From assembly GCA_965206595.1 (NCBI GenBank), contig OZ242214.1:576001-640000 (forward strand): a stretch of DNA of 64,000 nt, written 5' to 3'. The first letter of the stretch is position 1. Each line of letters starts with the position of its first letter. This DNA is from Candidatus Latescibacterota bacterium (lineage in GTDB: Bacteria; Latescibacterota; UBA2968; UBA8231). This document shows positions 39,585 to 49,766 of this stretch, piece by piece. The position numbers and the translations under genes were made by a program. The notes beneath the pieces are model-generated. The model saw only the letters and a list, made by a program, of their open reading frames with translations, ran no database searches and was not told the DNA's origin.

Positions 39585-40237
39585 GCCGGCAGGGACTCCA
39601 GCCAGGCGCGCATCCGCGCCGGATCCTCCCCGAACATCAAGGACCCCGGGACGATGAAGTCGGCGCCGGCCGCGGCGATCAGCGGCACGGTGTGGCGGCG
39701 GATCCCCCCGTCCGCCTCGACGAGGGTCCGGTGGTCGCCGCGGTCGATGGCGGCGCGGCAGCGGCGGATGCGGCCGGGAACCGCCGGGTCCATGTCCGCT
39801 CCCTTGATGCCGATCTCGGTGCCGACGACGGTGACGACGTCGAGCTGCGGCCAGAACGGATCCAGCAGGCCGGGGTCGTCGCCGAGGGCGAGCGAGATTC
39901 CGGGAAGGGCCCCGGCTTCACGCACCGCGGCGATCGTTTCGGGGATGCCGCTGCCGGTTCCTGGGTAGAAGACGACGATGTCGGCGCCGGCGGAGACGAA
40001 CGGCCCGACCCAGTTCAACGGCTCGCGGGTGATCAGGTGAACCTCGAACGGCAGCCGGGTGTGCGGCCGCAGCGCCGCCACGAGATCGGGGAAGAACAGC
40101 ATGGTGTCGACGAGGCGGCCGTCGGCGGCGTCGAGGTGGAAGCGCTCGCAGTAGGGCTCGACGCGGCGGATCTCCTCGGCTAGCCGCGACAGGTCCGCCG
40201 ACCAGAGGGAAGCCGAGCACCGGAGCCTGCGCGCCAT
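39581..40237 (-). CDS. Ribulose-phosphate 3-epimerase family protein
   Basis: 'SLWSAD', 'FHLDAADG', 'EVHL', 'VEADGGI', 'AGAD..V.GS'. Confidence 0.85.
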   Translation of the reverse strand: MARRLRCSASLWSADLSRLAEEIRRVEPYCERFHLDAADGRLVDTMLFFPDLVAALRPHTRLPFEVHLITREPLNWVGPFVSAGADIVVFYPGTGSGIPETIAAVREAGALPGISLALGDDPGLLDPFWPQLDVVTVVGTEIGIKGADMDPAVPGRIRRCRAAIDRGDHRTLVEADGGIRRHTVPLIAAAGADFIVPGSLMFGEDPARMRAWLESLPA

Positions 40238-40243
40238 CGCCGC

Positions 40244-41077
40244 TCAGCCCGGCAGCCGGGAGCGCAGGAAGGCGACACTGTCGGCGACCTGGTCCTCGTC
40301 GAGGCCGTGCAGGATCAGCGGGACCGGCTCCTCCAGCTGCCCCAGCAGGGAGAGGTAGAGGTCGTAGTCGAGCAGCCCGGTGCCGGCGGCGAGGTTGCCG
40401 GCCTCGCCGTCGCGGTCGAGGTCCTTGGCGTGGGCCAGGGCGATGTCGCCGGCGAGCAGGTCGAACGCCTCCTCGAGAATCTCCCCCATGCGCGGCAGCT
40501 CTCCCTCGTGGTAGATGTTGGCCCCGTCGATGACGACCCCCAGGCGGGGCGAGCCGATCTCGTCGAGGAGGCGGCGCGCCTTGCGGCTCGAGTCGACGAC
40601 GTTGGCGACCTCCGGCTCGAAGGCCAGGGTGACCCCGGTCTCCTCGGCCAGCGGCAGCACCGCGGCGAGCGACTCGACCAGGTCGTTCCAGGCCTCGGGT
40701 GTGCCGTTGTCCGGGTGGGGGTCCCACATGCGCCCCGGGTTGCGGGTGCCGGTGCAGAGGCTGATCACCGGCCCCCCCAGCTTCGGGCAGGCGGCGATCA
40801 GCCGGCGCAGGCGCTCGAGCCCCTGCCGCCGCTGCTCGAGGTCGGGGTGAATCATGTTGAAGGTCCCCGAGACCGCGGCCATCGACACCCCCCGCAGGGC
40901 CATCTGCCCGCGGACGTGGCCGCACAGGGAATCGTCGATGCTTTCCGGCAGGGTCTCCATGCCGGCGGTCTCGAAGTTGAACTGGACGCAGGTGAGACCG
41001 TGGAAACGGACGGCGTCGAACACCTCCCCCATGAGGGGCCGTTCGAAGTGCTTCGAGAAGATGCCCAGCTCCATCAT
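40244..41077 (-). CDS. Sugar phosphate isomerase/epimerase (xylose isomerase-like TIM barrel)
   Basis: 'SGTFNMIHPD', 'LAFEPE', 'IDGAN', 'AHAKD'; coupled to the upstream gene. Confidence 0.88.
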   Translation of the reverse strand: MMELGIFSKHFERPLMGEVFDAVRFHGLTCVQFNFETAGMETLPESIDDSLCGHVRGQMALRGVSMAAVSGTFNMIHPDLEQRRQGLERLRRLIAACPKLGGPVISLCTGTRNPGRMWDPHPDNGTPEAWNDLVESLAAVLPLAEETGVTLAFEPEVANVVDSSRKARRLLDEIGSPRLGVVIDGANIYHEGELPRMGEILEEAFDLLAGDIALAHAKDLDRDGEAGNLAAGTGLLDYDLYLSLLGQLEEPVPLILHGLDEDQVADSVAFLRSRLPG

Positions 41078-42165
41078 ACGCCTCCTTCGACGTCGGCGAC
41101 GGCGACGCGCGCTCCCCCCCGCCGGGAAGATTGCGAGACCGCCGCGAGGGCGCGCACCGCGGCGGTGCCCTCGTCGGCATCGGCGCCGTGCTGCGGCTCC
41201 CCCTCGAGAATGGTGTCGGCGAACCCTTCGAGCTGCAGCCGGTAGGAGTAGGCGTCCTCCCCGAGGGGGCGGCGGTAGGTCCCGTCCTTCTGCGAGAAGC
41301 ACTCGACGTAGCTCGACTTGTGATACCAGATCAGCCCGCCCCGGGCGAGGACGCTGCCGTGCTCGCCGATGGCGCGGAATCCGAACTCGACGTCGCCGCG
41401 CTGCGGTATGCAGAGATCGAGGTGGCCCAGGCAACCATCGGCGAACTCGATGGCAACGAACCAGCAATGGGAGCCGGCGCGCAGGAGATGGCGGGCGCTG
41501 ACCGCGGCGATCTCCCCGCCGGCGAAGCGGGCGGCGTCGAGGGCGTGGGCGCCGTGCGTCATCAGCAGGTAGCGCCGCCGGTCCGCCCTGGGATCGACCT
41601 CGGGCAGCCGCGAATGCCCGCTCGCGGCGATCACGGGAAGCAGGTTGTCCGTCATCGTGTAGCGGTCGACGGAGTCGTAGTACCACACCTTGATCGCGAT
41701 GCGCTCCCCCATCTCCGCGGCGATGAAGTCGCCGGCGAAGCGGAAGCCGGGGTCGAAGCGCCAGTTGTTGCCGACCTGAAAGGTCACCCCGGCCTCGCGG
41801 ACGCGGGCGCGCAGCTCCTCGCACTCCTCGACGCAGGTGCCGAGCGGTTTCTCGACGAGGACGTGCTTGCCCGCGGCGACCGCCTCCAGGCTCAGGGGGA
41901 CGTGGAAGGGGTCGCTGGTGGCGACGACGACGGCCTCCAGCCGAGGGTCGGCGAGCATGGCGGCGTAGTCGCGGTAGGCCGCCTGGGGCTCGTGCACCGC
42001 GGCCATCTTCTCGACCAGGTCCCCGGCGGTGTCACAGATGGCGTAGAGCTCGGTGTTGCGCCCCTTGCGGCAGGCGTCGAGGTGGGCCATCTGGGCGATC
42101 GGCCCGCAGCCTAGAACGCCGACCCGGAGGAGGCGGTCCTCTTTGGCGCCGGGATTACTGGACAT
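41074..42165 (-). CDS. Gfo/Idh/MocA family oxidoreductase
   Basis: 'VGVLGCGPIA', 'AGKHVLVEKP'. Confidence 0.92.
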   Translation of the reverse strand: MSSNPGAKEDRLLRVGVLGCGPIAQMAHLDACRKGRNTELYAICDTAGDLVEKMAAVHEPQAAYRDYAAMLADPRLEAVVVATSDPFHVPLSLEAVAAGKHVLVEKPLGTCVEECEELRARVREAGVTFQVGNNWRFDPGFRFAGDFIAAEMGERIAIKVWYYDSVDRYTMTDNLLPVIAASGHSRLPEVDPRADRRRYLLMTHGAHALDAARFAGGEIAAVSARHLLRAGSHCWFVAIEFADGCLGHLDLCIPQRGDVEFGFRAIGEHGSVLARGGLIWYHKSSYVECFSQKDGTYRRPLGEDAYSYRLQLEGFADTILEGEPQHGADADEGTAAVRALAAVSQSSRRGGARVAVADVEGGV

Positions 42166-42186
42166 GGCCGGCCGCGGCTGCTGCGG

Positions 42187-42941
42187 CTACTCGAGGTAGA
42201 GCAGGGCAGGCCGCCCAGCTCGGTGATCACCGCGGTGTCCCTCGCCGCAGACCGGCATCTCTTCGGCCCATTCCTTCAGCTCCTCCGGCACGCATCCGCT
42301 GAACTGGTTGCCGCCGAAGCGCAGGTCCTCCAGCTTGGTCAGCTCCCCCAGCTCGGGAGGAATCTCACCCGTCAGCTCGTTGTCGTTGAGCCACACACCT
42401 GTACCCTTTTCAGCTGGCTCAGTTCGACCGGTATCGGGCCGCTCAGCATGTTGTCGTGAAGACGCAGGTCTTCCACGTTCTCCAGCTGGCCCAGCTCCGG
42501 TGGGATCGGTCCGCTCAGCTCGTTGGCGTCGAGGAACAGCACCTGCAGGCGGGCGAGCTGTGCCACCTCGGTCGGGACCGGTCCGGTCAACCCCTTGCCG
42601 GTGAGATCCAGCTCGGTCAGAACGAAATCCTCGACCACGATGTCTTCCCACTCGGATATCGGGGTGTCGGCGCTCCAGTCGAGGTCGGCGTCGTCGGCGT
42701 AGCGGTCGCGCAAGGCCAGCAGCATCTCGCAGTCCGCCACCAGGTCGGGGTGGTTATCCGGTTCCGGAACGACAACCCCGTTTGCGCACGCCCCGGCGTC
42801 TTCCTGCGCCGCCCCGGGAGCCGCCCATGCCGCCAGGCAGACACCGATAAGAAGGGTTGCCGGCAGGAGGGTACGGACCGCGAGCCACCTGTCGGCGTAC
42901 CCCCCTCTGGTTGCGGAGGGCCGGTTACAATTCAGATCCAT
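42187..42941 (-). CDS. Secreted leucine-rich-repeat protein (plant-type LRR), frameshifted near 42395-42400
   Basis: 'LVADCEMLLALRD', 'LDWS...ISEW', repeats 'L.L..N.LSGPIPPELGQL', cap 'NQFSGCVP' in another frame. Confidence 0.8.
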
Positions 42942-43161
42942 GAGAAGTCCTTCGGTTTTCCGGGAAAGTGAAGCAGGTTGACATGCTGCTCGTCTGCGGC
43001 TGGAAAAAACTCACCCATGGACCCCTCCCGGTAAAGGGACCGGAACGGGGGGCAGCATCCATCGAAACTGCCACAGCCGAACAGACTGCAGGTGGGTCTG
43101 GTGCGCCCTGGCGCCATCGCGGATGGAGAAGTCCGTGGCCCCGGAGTCCGGGGGCGCGGGC

Positions 43162-43998
43162 CTATCTGGGCCTGGGAGCGGGAACCTCGTTTCCTTCGGG
43201 GCGCTCCCGGTGCCGCCAGTATCCGAACGGGGCGCCGCCGCGGGCGACGATGGCGCTGGCTTCGCCGGTCTGCTCGAGGCGCACGTCGGGCGGGTTGTAG
43301 CGCAAGGTCAGGCCGCAGCGCCGGCGGGAAGAGTTGTTCGGCACCGAGCCGTGCAGCAGCAGGTCGCTGTGCAGCGACACCTGGCCCGCTTTCATGACGA
43401 AAGAAACCGGCTCGTCCCCCCAGTCGAGCGGGTTCGGCACCGACTGGCTGAGCACGTTGGCCGACATGTCGTCGAGTTTCTCGTACGGGATCTGCCCGTG
43501 CAGGTGGGAACCGGGGATCACCGTCATCGGCCCGTTGTCCGTGCCGACGTCGTCTATGGCCAGCCATACGGTCACGATCTTGCTTGGCGTGATCGCCCAG
43601 TAGGAAGCGTCCTGGTGCCAGGCGACCTGCTTTTTCTCCCCCGGTTCCTTGCAGAAGAAATGGGTCATTGTGCAGATGAGATCCGGGCCGAGCAGGTCCT
43701 CGACGAAATCGAGGATGCGGGGCTCGACCGCGAGATCGTAGATGGCGGAACAGTACCTGTCCCAGCCGTTGATCGAATAGCTGTTGTGGCCGGCGGCCGC
43801 GGCCCGCTGCATCAGGTCGTCGAACCAGGCGCGGTTCGCCCCGGCTTGGGATTCGTCGAAGACGTCGAGGGGAAAGACGAACCCCTTCCGGTTGAACTGG
43901 TCGACCTGGGCGCGGGTGAGGGTTTTGGGGTGCCTGGTCCCGGCGGGGAAGAAGCGCAGGTCCCGCTCCATCTGGGGCTGGGCGTCAGTCAGCAGCAT
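43162..43998 (-). CDS. PhyH-family dioxygenase
   Basis: 'VAWHQDASYW', 'TVWLAIDD...NGPM.VIPGSH', 'HGS.PN.S.RRR'. Confidence 0.92.
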   Translation of the reverse strand: MLLTDAQPQMERDLRFFPAGTRHPKTLTRAQVDQFNRKGFVFPLDVFDESQAGANRAWFDDLMQRAAAAGHNSYSINGWDRYCSAIYDLAVEPRILDFVEDLLGPDLICTMTHFFCKEPGEKKQVAWHQDASYWAITPSKIVTVWLAIDDVGTDNGPMTVIPGSHLHGQIPYEKLDDMSANVLSQSVPNPLDWGDEPVSFVMKAGQVSLHSDLLLHGSVPNNSSRRRCGLTLRYNPPDVRLEQTGEASAIVARGGAPFGYWRHRERPEGNEVPAPRPR

Positions 43999-44344
43999 GG
44001 GCGAATAGTAACGCGGGTACAAGGGGGCGGGCAACGGCCGGGGAAGGCCGGGGCACGTGGTTACATTCCGGTCCGGCGCCGTTCTCTTGCTATTCCCGTA
44101 CACTGGCGCCACTACGGGAAATGTGACCCCGACTCCCGAATTATCAATATAAATGTTGAGTTGTATCCCAAAAAATCGATGACGAAGAGATTGTGCTCCC
44201 GGCCGCCCTGGTGACGGCGACTTGCCTCTGGTCACCCGGTTTGCTCGATCCGGGGTGTTTTGTCCAAGGTCGGGTCCATCGTAAGATACCCCGGCGAAAT
44301 CCGCTGCAGTAAGAAGAACCTCCCTTTTTTCCGGCGCCTTCCAA

Positions 44345-45523
44345 ATGCCCAGCCTGCCGACCACCGGAGCTTTTCTTTCCCCGTGGCATGCCGCCGTTGC
44401 CGCGCTCCTGCTCCTGGCCCCGGTCCACGCGCTTCAGGCCCAGCGGGAGGCCGCTGCTGAAACAGAGGCTCAAGAGCTGTACAAGAGCGCTTTCAGGGCC
44501 CTCGCCGACGGGCAGTACGACGCGGCTTACGACTATCTGGGCGAAATAACCGACAGGTATCCCCGAACCCTGTACGCCGCCTCCGCCGCCGAGCGGAAGA
44601 AACGCCTCGAAGAGCTGGGCCTGCATCGGGCCTCCAACGGTCCCGCCGACCAGGCGGGCCGCACCGGGGCGCTCGTGTACGGCACCCTCTACTCCACCTG
44701 GCTGGGCGTGGGCACCGCCATCGTCACGGGCGCGGACTCGGACCAGGCCCTGGCCGCGGGCATGATGACCGGCGCCCCCGCCGGCCTGCTCACCACCCAT
44801 CTCCTGACCCGGGGCCGGGCCCTGAGTCCGGGGCAGGGAGCCCTCGTCCGGCTCGGCGGTCTCTGGGGAACCTGGCAGGGGTTCGGATGGACCGTCGCCT
44901 CCGGAGACGAACTTTCCGACCGGCGGCTGACCGCGTTTTCGATGGCTGGGGGACTGGCGGGCATCGCCGGCAGTGCGGCGCTCACCCGCGTTGCCGACGT
45001 CAGCGCGGGCGACGCCAGTCTTCTCGACTACGCGGGACTCTGGGGAACGTGGTTCGGATTCTGCCTTTCGGTCATGGCCGAAGCGGAAGACGACGGGGTC
45101 CTGAAGAGTTCCCTGACAGGGGGGAACCTCGGCCTCGCGGCCATGGCGATGCTGGTCCCCCGGATCGAGCTGAGCCGGGAGCAGGCCCGCCTGATCAACC
45201 TGGGGGGAGTCGCGGGCACCTTCGTGGCCAGCGGCATTGTCGGCCTGATCGCCCTGGGAGAAAGCTTCGATAGTGCCACGGTGCCCATGGGCATGGTGAC
45301 GGCGGGAGGCATCGCCGGGCTCTGGTCGGGTTTCGCGATCAGGCAGCATGAACTCCCATCCGGGGTTTCAGCCCGGGCCGGTGCCCACGCGACAGTGGGA
45401 TGGGGCGGGGCAGTACACGCCCCCAGGGTACCCGTCCCCGCCGCTGCCGGGAGGTTGACCGGGGTACCCCTGCCTCATCGCTCGGCAGCCATCCGCGCGG
45501 TCCTGCTGACCATCAGGTTCTGA
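44345..45523 (+). CDS. Exported membrane protein: TPR-like N-terminus plus glycine-rich hydrophobic repeats
   Basis: Signal peptide, 'ELYKSAFRALADGQYDAA...YP', repeated 'GG.WGTW.G'; paralog of the next gene. Confidence 0.7.
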   Translation: MPSLPTTGAFLSPWHAAVAALLLLAPVHALQAQREAAAETEAQELYKSAFRALADGQYDAAYDYLGEITDRYPRTLYAASAAERKKRLEELGLHRASNGPADQAGRTGALVYGTLYSTWLGVGTAIVTGADSDQALAAGMMTGAPAGLLTTHLLTRGRALSPGQGALVRLGGLWGTWQGFGWTVASGDELSDRRLTAFSMAGGLAGIAGSAALTRVADVSAGDASLLDYAGLWGTWFGFCLSVMAEAEDDGVLKSSLTGGNLGLAAMAMLVPRIELSREQARLINLGGVAGTFVASGIVGLIALGESFDSATVPMGMVTAGGIAGLWSGFAIRQHELPSGVSARAGAHATVGWGGAVHAPRVPVPAAAGRLTGVPLPHRSAAIRAVLLTIRF

Positions 45524-45532
45524 ACAGAAGCC

Positions 45533-46675
45533 ATGCTCTCCAAAAGATGGGCGATCCCTGGTCTTTGCGCGGTCTTCTGGCTGCCGGGGCAACTCTGCGC
45601 TCGGCAGGAAGCAGAGCCGCCCGAGGGCCTGGAAGCCAGGATCCTGTACGAAGCCACGGCCGGACTGATGGACCGGGGGGAGTACGACAAGGCCCTGCGG
45701 CGCCTCCACTGGATTACCGCGGATTACAAAGAAAGTGGGTACGCCGCCCTGGCCCGCCAGAGGAGGATGGAGATCCGCCGCATGAAGAGCGTCGAGATCG
45801 CCATCAGCCCTCCCGCCAGGGTGGGGCTGACCGTCTTCGGAACCCTGTACGCGACCTGGGTCGGCCTCGGCACAGGGATCCTGGCAGAATCCGAGGAACT
45901 GGTCTACATGGGGATGATCGCCGGGCCCGTGGTCGGCATGATAACCACTCTCGATTGGACCCGGGGAGCACCGCTCGGCAACGGGCAGGCTTCCCTGCTC
46001 GCCCTCGGCGGAGCCTGGGGGACCTGGCAGGGAATAGGAGCGGCGGTCCTGGCCGGCAGCGGCTACAAGACGGTGGTCGGGGCGAGCATGGGCGGGGGCG
46101 CCCTGGGGCTGGCCGCCGCCTCTTCCATCGTTGGCCGGACCTGGGTGACCGCCGGCGAGGCGACCCTGGTCAACTTCGGGGGTATATGGGGCGCCTGGTT
46201 CGCGCTGTGCGCCGCAAAAAGCCTGGAGGTGACGGACAGCGACGCGCTTCTCGCCAGCGCCATGACCGGAGGAAACCTGGGTCTGTTGAAAATGGGAGTT
46301 CTCGCCCCCCGTATGGGGATGAGCGGAGGACGGGCGCGGCTGGTCAATCTCGGTGGGATCGTCGGCTCTCTCTACGGCCTGGGAACCGCGGTCCTGGCCG
46401 ATCTCCACCACCGGGACCGTCCGACCTACGCCATGATGCTGGCCGGGGGGATCCTGGGACTCGGGGCCGGGACCTGGTTCACCCGGGACTACGAGGCCGC
46501 TCAGGAGTTTTTCGCCTCGAGGGACGCCGGCCGCTCCCGGGACGCCGGAGCGTACGTGACGGGCCCGGGCCTGCCTATGGCGGGGTTGTTTCCTTCCCCG
46601 GGGACCGTTCACCGGAAGGGTATGGACGCGTCGGTCCTTGCGGTGAAGGTGGAACTGGTGGGCATCAGGTTCTGA
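45533..46675 (+). CDS. Paralog of the upstream TPR-like/glycine-rich membrane protein
   Basis: 'LYEAT..LMDRGEYDKA', 'GTLYATWVGLGT', 'GGAWGTWQG', 'ARLVNLGG', ends IRF. Confidence 0.7.
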   Translation: MLSKRWAIPGLCAVFWLPGQLCARQEAEPPEGLEARILYEATAGLMDRGEYDKALRRLHWITADYKESGYAALARQRRMEIRRMKSVEIAISPPARVGLTVFGTLYATWVGLGTGILAESEELVYMGMIAGPVVGMITTLDWTRGAPLGNGQASLLALGGAWGTWQGIGAAVLAGSGYKTVVGASMGGGALGLAAASSIVGRTWVTAGEATLVNFGGIWGAWFALCAAKSLEVTDSDALLASAMTGGNLGLLKMGVLAPRMGMSGGRARLVNLGGIVGSLYGLGTAVLADLHHRDRPTYAMMLAGGILGLGAGTWFTRDYEAAQEFFASRDAGRSRDAGAYVTGPGLPMAGLFPSPGTVHRKGMDASVLAVKVELVGIRF

Positions 46676-46800
46676 GGCGGAGACCGGGTGCCCGGTGCAC
46701 GCATACGACGCCAACGCACCCGGACAACCAAGGGAACAGGGCGCCGGTTGAGCGGTTGGCGCCCGCAAACCTATACGCGCCCCCCAACAGCAGCGGCGCA

Positions 46801-47017
46801 GAGGGAATTGCGGACCCGTAGGCGGAGTCGCGCTTCCGGGCCTGCTGGAACCGCCCTCGACCGCGCCCGTGAAGGCAGCGATACCGGAAGGATTGCCGGA
46901 CCGGTGTGGGGAATCGCGGCTCCCCGCCCCCTGGAACCGCCCTCGACCACGGCCGTGAACGACAGCTGGACCGGAGGGATTGCCGGACCCGTGTCTCGAG
47001 TCGGCGCTTCCGGCCCC
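46801..47017. repeat. Degenerate intergenic tandem repeat, ~86-bp unit, about 2.5 copies
   Basis: GAGGGATTGCCGGACCCGT-like core at 46801, 46886 and 46973; CTGGAACCGCCCTCGACC twice. Confidence 0.75.
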
Positions 47018-47062
47018 GATTGCCGCCGGCTCCGTGTCAGGCGCCGTACAAATCGAAAAGAA

Positions 47063-47923
47063 TCAGCCGCTGACCGGGTGGGCGTCCATGATCTCGTCCC
47101 ACTCCTCCACGCCGGTGCAGACCGCGCCCGGATCGGCGGCGCTGCGGGCGATGAAGCCGGGGACGCCATCGCGTCCGGTCGGCATGGCCGGGTCGCTGTA
47201 GCGCAGGTCGAGGCTCCAGCGGATGTGGTCGGAGCGATTGGGAATGGAGCGGTGCAGGGTCTTGTGCATGATCAGCAGCACGCCGCCCACGGCGATTTCG
47301 CACGTGACCTGCTCCCCGGGAGGCAGGTGCTCGTCGGGGATACCCTTGAAGTTGGCGGCCGGCCCCATGCCGTGCTCGTGCGGGATCAGGGGGGCCTTGT
47401 GGCTGCCGGCGATTACCTCCATGCAGCCGTTCTCGCGGGTCGCGTCGACCATCGGGATCCAGAAGTTCACCATGAAGGTGTCCGAGGCGTCCGGCTGCAG
47501 GTAGCCGAGGTCCTGGTGCCAGGGCACGACCCCTTCGTCCTGGCCGGGCAGCTTGGCGCGCAGGTTGAACTGGGGGTGGGCGAGGATCTCCGGGCCGATG
47601 ACCGACTCGACGATGTCGAGGATGGCCGGGGCGGTGACGATCGCGAACATGCCCGGGGTGCGCAGCTTGCCGTGAAACGGCCGCAGCATCTCCGCGGGAT
47701 GACCGAGCGCCTCGGCGACGCGGGCGAGACGGTGGGAGAACGGCTCGTTTTCGAACAGGTCGTCGAGCCGCCCCTCCGCATGGGCGCGTTCCGCGGCCGC
47801 GGAGACCATCCCGTCGAGCTCCCCTTTCAGGCGGTCGAACAGGGAGGGGTCGAACACGTCTTCGGTCAGCAGGTAGCCCTGCTGCTTGTAGAGGTCGAGC
47901 TGTCGCTCGCTCAGTCCCGGCAT
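47063..47923 (-). CDS. PhyH-family dioxygenase
   Basis: 'VPWHQD', 'NFWIP.VDAT.ENGCM.VIAGSH', 'LHRS.PNRS..IRWSLDLRY'. Confidence 0.92.
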   Translation of the reverse strand: MPGLSERQLDLYKQQGYLLTEDVFDPSLFDRLKGELDGMVSAAAERAHAEGRLDDLFENEPFSHRLARVAEALGHPAEMLRPFHGKLRTPGMFAIVTAPAILDIVESVIGPEILAHPQFNLRAKLPGQDEGVVPWHQDLGYLQPDASDTFMVNFWIPMVDATRENGCMEVIAGSHKAPLIPHEHGMGPAANFKGIPDEHLPPGEQVTCEIAVGGVLLIMHKTLHRSIPNRSDHIRWSLDLRYSDPAMPTGRDGVPGFIARSAADPGAVCTGVEEWDEIMDAHPVSG

Positions 47924-47945
47924 GCTGGTTTCTCCTCGAGCTTTG

Positions 47946-48896
47946 TCAGGGCAGCGGTCCCTCGATCCGGTCGACGAGCTCTATGGTGTGGATCACGTCG
48001 CGCAGATCGGTCAGGGGCACGTTGCCGTTCCGGATACAGTCCAAAAAATGCTCGTGCATGGTGAGGGTGCCTTCGTAGGCCCGCACGTCCTCTTCGGGGA
48101 CGCCGTCGACCTCCCAGCCGCCCATGACGGTGGTCTCGCCGTCCTCGAGGATCTCGATCTCCCCGGGGATCTTCATGTAGCAGCCGATGCCGACGCCGTG
48201 CAGCTCGGAGCGCAGCACGCGTCCCCCCGAGGCGCGGTTGCCGAAGACGACCCCGGTGGCGCCGCTGTCGAAGCGGATCATCGAGGTGTAGCAGTTGCGG
48301 CTCCGGCTGCCGAAACAGTCGCGGTACGCCTTGACCTCGAGCGGCTCGCCGCCGGCCAGGTGGCGCAGCAGGTCGACGACGTGGACGACGTCGTCCCACA
48401 GGGTGGTGCTGAACTCGCGGCCGTCGCCGCCGAGGATCTGCTTGTTGAAGGTGACGCTGGCGACCGAGACCGACCCCTTGGCGGCGACGCGGCGCACGGC
48501 CTCGCGGTTGACCGCGGCGTAGCGGCGCTGTAGGCCGACGATGCACCAGACGTCGTTGGCGACCGCGGCGTCGAGCATCTGCCGGGTCTCGGCGCTGTTG
48601 GCGCCCGGCGGCTTTTCGATGAACAGGTGCTTGCCGGCGTTGAGGCAGTCGAGGGCCGGGCGCAGCAGCCACTTCTCGTGCATGACGCAGTAGACGACGT
48701 CGAGGTCGACCGCGGCGAGCATCTCGCGGTGGTCGCTGAAGGTCCTGTCGAAGCCGTACTCGTCGACGACGAGCTGCATCCGTTCCGGGTCGAGCTCGCA
48801 GACGGCGACGATGTCGACGCCGTCGAGGCGGGCGAGGGCGGGGTAGTGGGCGCTGCGGGCACGGCCGCCGGCGCCGATGAATCCTGCTTTCAGCAT
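47946..48896 (-). CDS. Gfo/Idh/MocA family oxidoreductase
   Basis: 'GFIGAGG', 'AGKHLFIEKPP'. Confidence 0.9.
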   Translation of the reverse strand: MLKAGFIGAGGRARSAHYPALARLDGVDIVAVCELDPERMQLVVDEYGFDRTFSDHREMLAAVDLDVVYCVMHEKWLLRPALDCLNAGKHLFIEKPPGANSAETRQMLDAAVANDVWCIVGLQRRYAAVNREAVRRVAAKGSVSVASVTFNKQILGGDGREFSTTLWDDVVHVVDLLRHLAGGEPLEVKAYRDCFGSRSRNCYTSMIRFDSGATGVVFGNRASGGRVLRSELHGVGIGCYMKIPGEIEILEDGETTVMGGWEVDGVPEEDVRAYEGTLTMHEHFLDCIRNGNVPLTDLRDVIHTIELVDRIEGPLP

Positions 48897-48917
48897 GGGT
48901 GGGTCCTCATCCTGTTT

Positions 48918-49409
48918 TTACCAATCCTCTCCAACAACCTGTTTGAGCACGGATCGAATGAAATGATCGTCGAAATATAGACCTGATCGCCGTAATTCCT
49001 GGAAAATCTTGCCGGCGGACGGGACCAGTCCCTGTCTCTTTGCACGCAACACGACCCCCAATGTCCCGATGACGGGTACACCTACTGCCCGGGCACAGGC
49101 CCGGGCAGTAGCGTCATCTACTACCGCCGTCCAGCCAGGTTTTTCCAAAGCGACCGAAAGTACCTCCGTCTCTCCCGCCCCCAAGCTCCAGCCCAGGATT
49201 TCGGGCCGGATACCAGATTTAGCCAACCTGTTGCCCCAGCCACTTTCCAAGGCACGACGTCCAGGGTCATTCACCGGGCCTGCCGTGACTTCTGTAGCAA
49301 CCGCCGGTGGAATACATACCTCGGGCACCAATCCAACAAGCAGGTCCAGACGGTCGACTTTGGCCAGAGTGATGATAGGGGAGGCATTGAGCACCCAACC
49401 TTCAATCAC
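48918..49409 (-). CDS. DUF3368 (PIN-like) putative toxin
   Basis: 'VLNASPII.L', 'LGAGE.E', 'VVDD..AR..A', 'GTLGVVL.AK..GL'; GTG start overlapping the upstream stop. Confidence 0.85.
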   Translation of the reverse strand: MIEGWVLNASPIITLAKVDRLDLLVGLVPEVCIPPAVATEVTAGPVNDPGRRALESGWGNRLAKSGIRPEILGWSLGAGETEVLSVALEKPGWTAVVDDATARACARAVGVPVIGTLGVVLRAKRQGLVPSAGKIFQELRRSGLYFDDHFIRSVLKQVVGEDW

Positions 49410-49653
49410 GGTTTGCTTCCTCAACTACTTCGGAAAGATCATACTGAAATACGGAAACCTGGAACCTTCCCAGGGCGGAAATAAATTGACTGCGGGACAG
49501 GCCGGAAATTTCCGCGGCCCGGCCTTGGGAGACCTGCCCCATCTCATACCATTTCACGGCGGCAGCCAAACGCAACTCTTTGGCGAAACGATCGGGGTCT
49601 TTCCTCAACGAGGCAAACACGTCTTCGGAGAATTCAAAGGAAACCGTTACCAT
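49402..49653 (-). CDS. UPF0175 family putative antitoxin
   Basis: 'ELRLAAAVKWYE.G.VSQGRAAEISGLSR..F'; AGGAGG SD. Confidence 0.88.
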   Translation of the reverse strand: MVTVSFEFSEDVFASLRKDPDRFAKELRLAAAVKWYEMGQVSQGRAAEISGLSRSQFISALGRFQVSVFQYDLSEVVEEANRD

Positions 49654-49766
49654 GTAATCCCTCCTGAAGGCTACAGTTTTTGGATATCGGAAACTTCTGT
49701 CGCTGTACTATCTCGGGCTACTGTCGTCTCATGGATGGTAAACCTGGGGTCAGTTCCGGCATAAGT

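Noticed and set aside
9876-42400. Programmed frameshifting as the explanation for breaks at about 9880, 23888 and 42397
   Set aside because: No slippery heptamers or shared signal; isolated single-base indels in otherwise intact genes are more simply sequencing or consensus errors
46801-47017. Possible CRISPR array
   Set aside because: Units are degenerate along their whole length, there are no unique spacers, and no cas genes are in the window
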